A stretch of 29,227 nucleotides of DNA from an uncultured Oligoflexia bacterium (GCA_964013565.1 CAXGWU010000036.1:1-29227); one strand, 5' to 3'; positions 15,831 through 23,207 are shown, numbered from the stretch's first letter. Notes: generated by a model not told the origin, from the sequence alone. Numbers and translations: made by a program.

Positions 15831-15857
15831 TTTTCGGACACATCCCCTGTCTTTTTA
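15831..15857 (-). promoter_or_regulatory. sigma-28 (FliA)-type promoter candidate for the stator/FliG-like operon
   Basis: The minus strand reads TAAA-N15-TCCGAAAA against the consensus TAAA-N15-GCCGATAA. It has the same architecture as the fliC promoter at 19210-19236. It lies about 33 nt upstream of the ATG at 15798. Confidence 0.4.
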
Positions 15858-15922
15858 ATTATTTTTCGTTTTTTTTCATTTTTTGTTTCATAAGGTGAAA
15901 AATTTGCCGATAGGTAGGTGAA

Positions 15923-16753
15923 ATGTTCCACAAAAGAAGGAAAATAAATTTAAATAAGATAAAGAAGAGTGTTTTTTTGACGTTTTTTTCGGTTCTTCAT
16001 GTTCAGTGTTCGTCGACACCGGTGACTCCTATTGAGCCATTACCGGAAGTTCCAGAGTATCTTCATGCTCCTCATCCTGTTGGTTTTGATTTTGCAGATT
16101 TAGAGCTTATTTTTCATAAGGCTTCTTCTCCAACACCTGAAAAATTGGCAGGTTGTAATGAAAAGTTTGAAAGTCTAAAAGTAGTCACTCAAAAAAATGA
16201 AGACATATATAGAGTCACCAGAGAGTTCATTAAAAATGAACCAGTTGAGTTTCATTGGTGTTTTTATCATAAGATCTTCACTCTTCATGAGACATTAAAG
16301 AATACCCCTACTTGGCGTGGACGACAGAAAGAAGTTATTGAAGCTTTTGAGTTTTTAGTTCCAGTCGCTCGAGGGTTTCGTAAAGAATTTCATGATCCAC
16401 GCTATCTTCGATGGGCGTCTCGATATTATATTCAGTTAAGTAAAACTGTTTTTTATAAAAACTTAGTTCTTTCTCCACAAGCAGTATCAGATCAGTATGG
16501 TGAAATTTCTACTCCTTATGCTTTATGGAAAAAGTCAGAACCTCAAAAAGAGGCTTCTCAGGCAGAAATTAAAAATGTAGAAATACAAAGCAACACAAAT
16601 TTAAAAGAACCAAAAGAGGAACTTCGTGTTCCTGCTGGATTAGAAGATCAAATTGATGCTGAGTTAGAAACAGAGTTAAGTAGTGATCCTTTTTTAAATG
16701 AAGCCCTTCCAGAGTTAGATTCCAACAAATCAGCTGAGGTTATTGAAAAATAA
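15923..16753 (+). CDS. hypothetical secreted protein/putative lipoprotein with acidic C-terminal tail
   Basis: 276-aa ORF with an N-terminal hydrophobic segment ending at Cys29 (SVLHVQCSS). I recognised no family motif. It is divergent from the stator operon. Confidence 0.55.
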   Translation: MFHKRRKINLNKIKKSVFLTFFSVLHVQCSSTPVTPIEPLPEVPEYLHAPHPVGFDFADLELIFHKASSPTPEKLAGCNEKFESLKVVTQKNEDIYRVTREFIKNEPVEFHWCFYHKIFTLHETLKNTPTWRGRQKEVIEAFEFLVPVARGFRKEFHDPRYLRWASRYYIQLSKTVFYKNLVLSPQAVSDQYGEISTPYALWKKSEPQKEASQAEIKNVEIQSNTNLKEPKEELRVPAGLEDQIDAELETELSSDPFLNEALPELDSNKSAEVIEK

Positions 16754-16921
16754 CTAGAGTTTTAATTGAAATTAAAAATTGAGTGTTTTTCTATGGCTCA
16801 AGTTTCATTCGTATTTTCAAAAGATGTCTGATTGTTTGTAAACCTGTTCATCTCAAAGAGAATTTTATGTTACATCTACTCTAAGGAATAGTAATTCTCA
16901 GGAGGGCAAGAATTCAACTTC

Positions 16922-17887
16922 TTGTATTTATTGATGAATAAGAGTCTTTTTGACGTAAAAATGTGGGTTAAAGACATGCAGCAAGGGAAGCGCATAGCCC
17001 TTGCTCGAATCATTACGAAGATTGAGAACCGAGATGTCGAAGTTCCTGAGTTGATGAAAGAGATTTTTCCTCTGACAGGAAAAGCGGAGGTTCTTGGTGT
17101 GACCGGTCCTCCTGGAGCAGGAAAGTCTACCCTTGTTGATCAGTTGATCTATGCGAGTCGTGCCGAAGGTAAGAAAGTAGCGGTTATTGCTGTTGATCCC
17201 TCAAGTCCATTTTCTGGGGGTGCAATTCTTGGAGATCGCATTCGAATGCAAAGGCATTATGGTGATACAGGAGTTTATATTCGAAGTTTAGGAACTCGTG
17301 GAAAACATGGGGGACTATCGCATTCGACAAAAGAAGCAGTTATGGCTTTGGATGCAGCGGGATTTGATCGAATTATTGTAGAAACTGCAGGTGTTGGTCA
17401 GACCGAATTGGCAATTTTGAAATTAGCACAAACTGTTTTGGTGGTCCTAGTGCCAGAGAGCGGGGATTCAATTCAGGTCATGAAAGCTGGATTAATGGAG
17501 ATTGCAGATCTTTTTGTAGTGAATAAATCAGATCGACCTGCTGCGGATCAATTAGTAAGAGAGCTTGTCGTAATGGTGGGTATGAACAGTGACCATGAAG
17601 CAAAATGGTCTGTACCTGTATTGAAGACAGAAGCGGTTAAGTCTGTAGGAATTGATGCGGTAATGAAGAGTCTTTCAGAGCATCAATCCTATTTAGATGA
17701 GTCCCATTTGAGAAATCAAAAGAGAACTTCTTTTTTGTCTGAGGAAATCGAAGATATCTTGTTAGAAAAATTTACTCAAAAAATTAAAGAATCTCTTTCT
17801 TCAAAAAAAGGAAAAGAAATTCTTTCAGATTTAACATCAGGAAAAATCACTCCTTATGATGCGAGTGGTCTAATTTTCAAAATCTAA
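16922..17887 (+). CDS. meaB: methylmalonyl-CoA mutase-associated G-protein MeaB/ArgK (SIMIBI GTPase)
   Basis: P-loop GVTGPPGAGKSTLV, switch motif VETAGVGQ, and NKSD specificity motif. The length and order match MeaB. The start is uncertain (TTG 16922 versus ATG 16934). Confidence 0.85.
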   Translation: MYLLMNKSLFDVKMWVKDMQQGKRIALARIITKIENRDVEVPELMKEIFPLTGKAEVLGVTGPPGAGKSTLVDQLIYASRAEGKKVAVIAVDPSSPFSGGAILGDRIRMQRHYGDTGVYIRSLGTRGKHGGLSHSTKEAVMALDAAGFDRIIVETAGVGQTELAILKLAQTVLVVLVPESGDSIQVMKAGLMEIADLFVVNKSDRPAADQLVRELVVMVGMNSDHEAKWSVPVLKTEAVKSVGIDAVMKSLSEHQSYLDESHLRNQKRTSFLSEEIEDILLEKFTQKIKESLSSKKGKEILSDLTSGKITPYDASGLIFKI

Positions 17888-17968
17888 ACTTATTCGTAGG
17901 AATTTTATTTTTAACTTATTGAAATTTAAATAGAAACTATTAAAAAACAATACCTGACTAAAAAAGTC

Positions 17969-17996
17969 TAAAGTAATCTTAATACTTGACCGAATT
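17969..17996 (+). promoter_or_regulatory. sigma-28-type promoter candidate for flagellin 1
   Basis: cTAAAGTA-...-ACCGAATT. Its extended -35 (CTAAAGTA) is identical to that of the fliC promoter at 19209-19216. The -10 keeps the CCGA core, but the spacer is 1 nt longer than consensus and the 3' half is degenerate. Confidence 0.35.
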
Positions 17997-18283
17997 AGTT
18001 TATGTAACAAGAAGTGAATGGAAGACTCAAATCCTATAGGGAGTGAGTGTATTTCCTGAAGCTTTGGCAGGGGTGCAGCAATTCCTGTCACAATAAAACA
18101 GACCTCTGGTCGTTGGTTTCGCAATAAGAAATTTTCTCTTTTGCAAAGTCAGTGGGGATCTATAAGTTCGTTTGAATTTTTTCAAAATTGAACTTTGAAG
18201 GGGAGTCCTACGCCTTTTAGAAGAGAAAACGGGGTTTCTTATGGGTGATCCATCAGGAAGAGGTGCGCACTTAGGAGGAAACT

Positions 18284-19117
18284 ATGGGTATGCGTGTAAA
18301 TACAAATGTTCAGTCGATTGCGGCTCAACGGACGTTGGAAAAAAATAATATTTCTCAGCAAAAATCAATTGAGAAACTAGCAGCAGGTACTCGAATTGTT
18401 CGAGCGGCCGACGATGCAGCTGGTTTAGCAATTTCTGAGAGAATGAGAGCTAACATTGGTTCGATTCGTCAGAACGCAAGAAACGCTCAAGACGGAATCT
18501 CAATGATTCAGGTTGCTGAAGGATCTTTTAATGAAATTAATAACGTTTTAGTGCGTTTTAGAGAGCTTGCTGTTCAAAGTGCCTCTGACACTATTGGTGA
18601 TAAAGAGCGATCTTACATTGATAAAGAGGTTCAGCAATTGAAACAAGAGGTTGATCGAATCGCAAATGGTACTGAGTTTAATGGAAAAAATCTATTAAAT
18701 GGAAGTGGTGAGGTTCTACAGATTCAAGTAGGTCCGATGAATGATCCAGAGCTCGATCGATTTTATTTGGATACGTCTAAGACGAATTCAACGACTGATG
18801 CTTTAGGTCTTGCAGATTTCAATACGCTTTCAAGAGAAGCTTCCCAAGAGTCTCTTGCAGCAATTGATAACGCAATTGATATGGTTGTAGAAAATCGTTC
18901 TGATCTAGGTGCTCAACAAAATAGACTTGAGTCTACCATCAGAAACTTAAAAATCTATGATGAGAACTTATCAGCTGCGAGAAGTCGAATCTATGATGTC
19001 GATATTGCAAGTGAGACTGCTGAATTGACTCGTTCAAATATCTTAACTTCTGCAGGTGTGTCGGTTCTCAGTCAAGCAAATCAAAATAGTATGAGAGCGT
19101 TACAGCTTCTAGGATAA
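18284..19117 (+). CDS. fliC: flagellin (short, 277 aa)
   Basis: MGMRVNTNVQSIAAQRTL..., AADDAAGLAISERM, GISMIQVAEG, and the C-terminal SVLSQANQNSMRALQLLG. AGGAGG Shine-Dalgarno 7 nt upstream. Confidence 0.95.
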   Translation: MGMRVNTNVQSIAAQRTLEKNNISQQKSIEKLAAGTRIVRAADDAAGLAISERMRANIGSIRQNARNAQDGISMIQVAEGSFNEINNVLVRFRELAVQSASDTIGDKERSYIDKEVQQLKQEVDRIANGTEFNGKNLLNGSGEVLQIQVGPMNDPELDRFYLDTSKTNSTTDALGLADFNTLSREASQESLAAIDNAIDMVVENRSDLGAQQNRLESTIRNLKIYDENLSAARSRIYDVDIASETAELTRSNILTSAGVSVLSQANQNSMRALQLLG

Positions 19118-19150
19118 GCTTCAGAGAACAGATAACTTTCTTATATCATT

Positions 19151-19207
19151 CGTCTTTTGGGATTATGGGTAAAACCAGGTCTCAAAAGACGATAAATTTG
19201 TTTTTTT
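19151..19207 (+). terminator. intrinsic terminator after flagellin 1
   Basis: A 12-bp stem (cgtcttttggga at 19151-19162 pairing with tctcaaaagacg at 19180-19191, one G-U pair) is followed by ataaatttgttttttt. Confidence 0.55.
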
Positions 19208-19209
19208 AC

Positions 19210-19236
19210 TAAAGTATTTACGCAGTGCTCCGATAT
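19210..19236 (+). promoter_or_regulatory. sigma-28 (FliA)-type promoter for flagellin 2
   Basis: TAAA (19210-19213), a 15-nt spacer, then TCCGATAT (19229-19236), against the consensus TAAA-N15-GCCGATAA. It sits immediately after the upstream terminator T-run. Confidence 0.6.
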
Positions 19237-19514
19237 GCTTATTGTCAGCAAGGAAAGGTTCCTTGGTGACGGTCAAAGTCTCCGTGAATGCACGGGGAGG
19301 TGATGTCAGAAGCAGAGAAAAGCTTTCTTTCATCGATACGGTATAGCCTAAGTTTCGTCTTTTTCATTCGTAAAAAGCAGCTTAGTTTTTTCAATTCATA
19401 TTTTCTCAAGACCTTGATCTAAACAATAACTTTTGTTTCTAAGAGAACTTTGTCTCGGCCTTTTGGTTTCCAAAGCTTCTTTTTAGAAACGATAACCATT
19501 GAGGTACGTTTGTT

Positions 19515-20348
19515 ATGGGCTTGAGAGTAAATACAAATATTGCATCGTTAGCAGCACAAAGAGTTGTGCGAAATCGAAGTTTAGAGCAAGAAAAATCTTA
19601 TCAGAGATTGGCAACTGGGCGAAGAATTGTCAATGCAGGTGACGACGCAGCCGGTTTATCTATTAGTGAAAATCTGCGTGCACAGATTCGTTCAATGCAT
19701 CAGGCAGAAAGAAATGCGAATGACGGAATTTCTTTTGTTCAGGTTGCAGAAGGTGGCCTTAATGAAATAGCAAATATGCTCGTTCGTTTAAGAGAGCTTT
19801 CTATTCAGGCAGCTTCAGATACTGTCGGTGACCGTGAACGAGGTTTTATTCAAACGGAAGTAGAAAGCATTGTTGGTGAGATCGATCGCATCGCAAATGT
19901 AACCTCATTTAATGGAACAAATTTGTTAAATGGAGAAAGCGACAAAGGTGATCTTGATATTCAAGTGGGAATTCGAAATAAGGAACCCGACCGAGTCAAT
20001 TTATCAATAGACGAGAATGATGTGACTACGTCTGCTCTAGGAATTGATGGGATTGAGGCTTCAAGTATTGGCTCTGCAAGAGACTCTTTGGATTCAATTG
20101 ATAATGCAATTGATCGAGTGAGTGGATCAAGAGCTCGATTAGGTGCTGCACAAAATAAACTCAGATCAAGAGTGAATAATCTTTCTATTAATAGACAGAA
20201 TTTAGAAGCAGCAAGATCAAGAGTGATTGATACTGATATTGCAGATGAAAGTGCGAAATTGGTCACTCATAATATTCTAAAAAGTACTGGAATTTCAGTT
20301 TTGGCTCAGGCAAACGTCGCGCCAATGAAAGCTTTGGAATTAATCTAA
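19515..20348 (+). CDS. fliC: flagellin (short, 277 aa), paralog of 18284-19117
   Basis: MGLRVNTNIASLAAQRV..., GDDAAGLSISENL, GISFVQVAEG, and the C-terminal SVLAQANVAPMKALELI. Confidence 0.95.
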   Translation: MGLRVNTNIASLAAQRVVRNRSLEQEKSYQRLATGRRIVNAGDDAAGLSISENLRAQIRSMHQAERNANDGISFVQVAEGGLNEIANMLVRLRELSIQAASDTVGDRERGFIQTEVESIVGEIDRIANVTSFNGTNLLNGESDKGDLDIQVGIRNKEPDRVNLSIDENDVTTSALGIDGIEASSIGSARDSLDSIDNAIDRVSGSRARLGAAQNKLRSRVNNLSINRQNLEAARSRVIDTDIADESAKLVTHNILKSTGISVLAQANVAPMKALELI

Positions 20349-20361
20349 GTTAGGTACACTT

Positions 20362-20396
20362 AAGGGAAGAAAGGACATTGATGCCTTTCTTCCCTT
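20362..20396 (+). terminator. 13-bp hairpin just after flagellin 2 (terminator-like, weak U tract)
   Basis: aagggaagaaagg (20362-20374), a 9-nt loop, then cctttcttccctt (20384-20396). It is followed by ataaaagtttt rather than a clean T-run. Confidence 0.45.
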
Positions 20397-20464
20397 ATAA
20401 AAGTTTTAAAAATTGCGCCCAAATCCTTTTTGTAATAGTGCAAAAAGGGTTTAAGAAGCCCATT

Positions 20465-20501
20465 CCCCCTAGGATTGCCGAGAGCCTAGGGGGTTTTTTT
20501 T
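20465..20501 (+). terminator. canonical intrinsic terminator
   Basis: GC-rich 9-bp stem ccccctagg (20465-20473) pairing with cctaggggg (20485-20493), followed directly by T8 (20494-20501). Confidence 0.7.
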
Positions 20502-20563
20502 GTCAAAAATATGACTTCATTTTTCTTTTAAATATTCCGTAAAGCTATTAAGAGGGTTTTTAC

Positions 20564-20914
20564 GTGAAAATCGGCAATTTACTCATCAATTCAATTCATA
20601 AAATACAGTCTAAAAAAGACGCTCAAGACTCTTTTAAAGAACACCTTGAACAAGAACAAAAGAAACAAGACTCTGAACCAGAAAAAAAAGAATTATCAGA
20701 AGAAGAATTAACCGATGCGATTGAAAATTTTGAGAGCGCTAAGTTTGCAAAAGAAAGAGGAATTCACGCAAGTGTGACTCCAGGCTTAAGAGTAGTGTTA
20801 TCTGATTCTCAAGGAAAGCAAATACGTCAAATGAGTGGCGAAGAGTTTCTTGATTTACGAACCGCTGTTCAAGAACAAGTTTCTCAAGGAAAGTTAATTG
20901 ATAAAAAGATTTGA
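20564..20914 (+). CDS. flaG: flagellar protein FlaG
   Basis: 116 aa. The C-terminal FlaG-family pattern LRVVLSDSQGKQIRQMSGEEFLDL...GKLIDKKI is present. GTG start with an AGAGGG Shine-Dalgarno. It occupies the flaG-fliD-fliS synteny position. Confidence 0.75.
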   Translation: MKIGNLLINSIHKIQSKKDAQDSFKEHLEQEQKKQDSEPEKKELSEEELTDAIENFESAKFAKERGIHASVTPGLRVVLSDSQGKQIRQMSGEEFLDLRTAVQEQVSQGKLIDKKI

Positions 20915-20955
20915 TGCCTCTTGGATCTTTTTGATGTCTCAGTTATGTTCATTTT

Positions 20956-21708
20956 ATGGATGTCTATGTTATTTCTGATCTTCATATAGAATCTTCGAGA
21001 GACTCTATCTATCAAGATTTATTAAATTTAATCGAAAATGAACCAATGAGTGGGGACTTCTTTGTTTTTGCAGGAGATATTTTTGACCATTGGATCGGAA
21101 ACAAGCAATTTTATCAAAAAAATTTCGAAAAATTTATTTCTATCGTTCAAAAAAAATCAAAAGAGGGAGTGATCTTCTATTATATAGAAGGAAATCATGA
21201 TTTTCTTTTAAAAGGAATTTTTGGAGAAAGTTCTTCAATTAATATAGTGGATTCTTTTGTAGCTCTTGAGCATGATTCTCGAAAAATAATCATTACTCAT
21301 GGTGATCTGGCAAATCCTCACGATAAGTCTTATCTTTTGTTAAGAAAATTTTGGAGAAGTATTTGGATTAAATGTTTTGTAGCAATTTCATCAGGTCAAT
21401 TTATTGACTTTTTAGGAAGAACGCTTAGTCGCGGATCCTCTCAAACACGTATAGAAGAACGTCTTGCCCCTGATGAAAAGTCCATTTCTAGATTAAGAGA
21501 AATATATCATCAGTACGCAGAAAAGTTTTTTTCAAAAGGATTTGATTGTGTGGTGGCAGGCCATTGTCATGATCGTGACGAATATCGAAAAAAAATAGGG
21601 GAAAAAGAATTTCAATACATCAATGTGGGATTTCCTCGAGTTCATGGAGAGTACCTTGTTAAGTCGCAGGGGAGTATGTATTTTAAAAGAGTTCATTTCA
21701 CCAGGTAA
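20956..21708 (+). CDS. LpxH-like calcineurin-type metallophosphoesterase (UDP-2,3-diacylglucosamine hydrolase family)
   Basis: Ordered motifs VISDLHI, GDIFDHWIG, EGNHDFLL, THGD and GHCHD are colinear with LpxH as I recall it. Confidence 0.65.
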   Translation: MDVYVISDLHIESSRDSIYQDLLNLIENEPMSGDFFVFAGDIFDHWIGNKQFYQKNFEKFISIVQKKSKEGVIFYYIEGNHDFLLKGIFGESSSINIVDSFVALEHDSRKIIITHGDLANPHDKSYLLLRKFWRSIWIKCFVAISSGQFIDFLGRTLSRGSSQTRIEERLAPDEKSISRLREIYHQYAEKFFSKGFDCVVAGHCHDRDEYRKKIGEKEFQYINVGFPRVHGEYLVKSQGSMYFKRVHFTR

Positions 21709-21809
21709 ATTCTTCCGATTGGAAATCATTTCATCTCTTATCATAATAAAAAGACAAGTTCTCTTAGGATGAGAGGGCTTATTTTAGAAATAAAGGATCA
21801 GGAGGATCC

Positions 21810-23198
21810 GTGGGTTTGCGATTCGACCCTTCTGGAGGGCAATTTCAACAGGCTATTAATAAAATTATAGAGGCAGAGTCTCAGCCTATTCGTTCGCTTG
21901 AGGGTAGAAAAAAAACTCAAGAACAAAAACTCAAGCTTTTTAACGAGTTTAAAGGAATGTTCTCTGATTTCAAAAAAGAAATTAATGAAATATCTAATGT
22001 AAGAAAATTAAGAGAGTTGAAAGTTGATTTAGGAGATGGAGAAGGATTTATTAACGTCACTGTAGATAAAGAAGTGGCTCAAACAGGCACCTTCAATATT
22101 GAAATTGATCGTCTTGCGGGTAGAACAGGGGCAATTACAAATGGATTTGAAAACCCAGATGAAAAGTCTTTAGGAATTGGATTTATTGCGGTTAGTACTG
22201 TAGATCAAAACTATGAAATTTTCATAGATGAAGAGGAAAGTAGTTTACACGGTGTAGCTCGAAAAATTAATGATGATCCTAATGCTCCAATTACGGCATC
22301 AGTCATTAGGGATGTGTATGATCCAGATAATCCATGGAAGCTTATTTTTAACGCTAAAAACGACGGTGAACTCGTAGAAGTTGAAACTCCAGAGTTATAT
22401 TTTATGGATGGAAATTCTACTATCTGGATCGATAATGATCGTGAAGCACAAAATGCGTTTCTAACGGTAAATGGTTTTGAAGTAGATGCAGAATCTAATG
22501 ATATTTCAAATTTTCTACAGGGAGTAAATTTACAACTTTTAAAAGAAAGACCAGATTCTCCTATAACAGTGACTATTTCTGAAGATTTTGAAAAAATTAC
22601 TGGAAAAGTAGATGCAGTCGTAAAAAAAATAAATGATGTTTTAGACTTTATCAATAAACAAAACCAGGTCGATGATAGTTCAGATACCTCTTCAACTTTT
22701 ACTGGAGATACGGGTTTAACAAATATCGAATATCGTCTTAGGAACTTAATGCATGAAGGATTTCCAGTTCATTGGAAAGAAGATGGTGAATACGATATTT
22801 TTAATTTGAACAAACTTGGAATTTCATTCAATCGAAGTGGAAATTTAACTTTTGATAAAAATAAATTTAACAAGTTGATGGAAGAAGATTTTGGTGCAGT
22901 ATCAGAATCTTTAGCAGGTGAATATGGATTTGCCCATCAATTAGATTCTGTGATTTCTGGTTGGACTCGTCCAGTCGATGGATTTTTAAGTTCTAGAGAG
23001 AAGTCTTTAAAGAGACGAATTCAAAATATTGATGATCAGATTAATCGAAAAACAGACGCACTTGAAAGAAGGGCTCAAGCCTTAACTCAGCGTTTTGCGC
23101 GTTTACAGGGGAGCTTGGCGAGCATGCAGGCTCAACAAGCATATGTTCAAGCAAATTTAGGAGGTGGTGGTGATTTATTGGGCCAGCTCTTGGGATAG
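21810..23198 (+). CDS. fliD: flagellar filament cap protein FliD (HAP2)
   Basis: 462 aa. N-terminal GLRFDPSGG...IIEAESQPIRSLEGRKKTQEQKL and the C-terminal coiled coil ...RFARLQGSLASMQAQQAYV. GTG start with an AGGAGG Shine-Dalgarno. Confidence 0.9.
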   Translation: MGLRFDPSGGQFQQAINKIIEAESQPIRSLEGRKKTQEQKLKLFNEFKGMFSDFKKEINEISNVRKLRELKVDLGDGEGFINVTVDKEVAQTGTFNIEIDRLAGRTGAITNGFENPDEKSLGIGFIAVSTVDQNYEIFIDEEESSLHGVARKINDDPNAPITASVIRDVYDPDNPWKLIFNAKNDGELVEVETPELYFMDGNSTIWIDNDREAQNAFLTVNGFEVDAESNDISNFLQGVNLQLLKERPDSPITVTISEDFEKITGKVDAVVKKINDVLDFINKQNQVDDSSDTSSTFTGDTGLTNIEYRLRNLMHEGFPVHWKEDGEYDIFNLNKLGISFNRSGNLTFDKNKFNKLMEEDFGAVSESLAGEYGFAHQLDSVISGWTRPVDGFLSSREKSLKRRIQNIDDQINRKTDALERRAQALTQRFARLQGSLASMQAQQAYVQANLGGGGDLLGQLLG

Positions 23199-23207
23199 GA
23201 GAAAAAA

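Noticed and set aside
15799-15843. 15-aa upstream extension of the OM-protein ORF (MCPKSHLEEGIVYTT).
   Set aside because: It would create an atypically long signal-peptide n-region and overlaps the candidate sigma-28 -10 element, so the ATG at 15798 is more plausible. This is not fully excluded, because the Shine-Dalgarno spacing for 15798 is long (about 15 nt).
15906-15913. GCCGATAG, a near-perfect sigma-28 -10 element on the plus strand just upstream of the 15923 gene.
   Set aside because: There is no TAAA at the required 15-nt spacing (only TAAG at about 11 nt). The element ends 9 nt before the ATG, leaving no room for a leader with the AGGTG Shine-Dalgarno. It is probably coincidental.
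16922-17887. MeaB without an adjacent methylmalonyl-CoA mutase as an anomaly.
   Set aside because: The mutase genes can lie elsewhere in the genome, and the window alone cannot show they are absent. This is not informative.
18241-18348. 35-codon upstream ORF (MGDPSGRGAHLGGNYGYACKY...) overlapping the flagellin-1 start in another frame.
   Set aside because: It has a weak ribosome-binding site and a frame-shadow-like composition. The sequence is more simply explained as the flagellin Shine-Dalgarno region.
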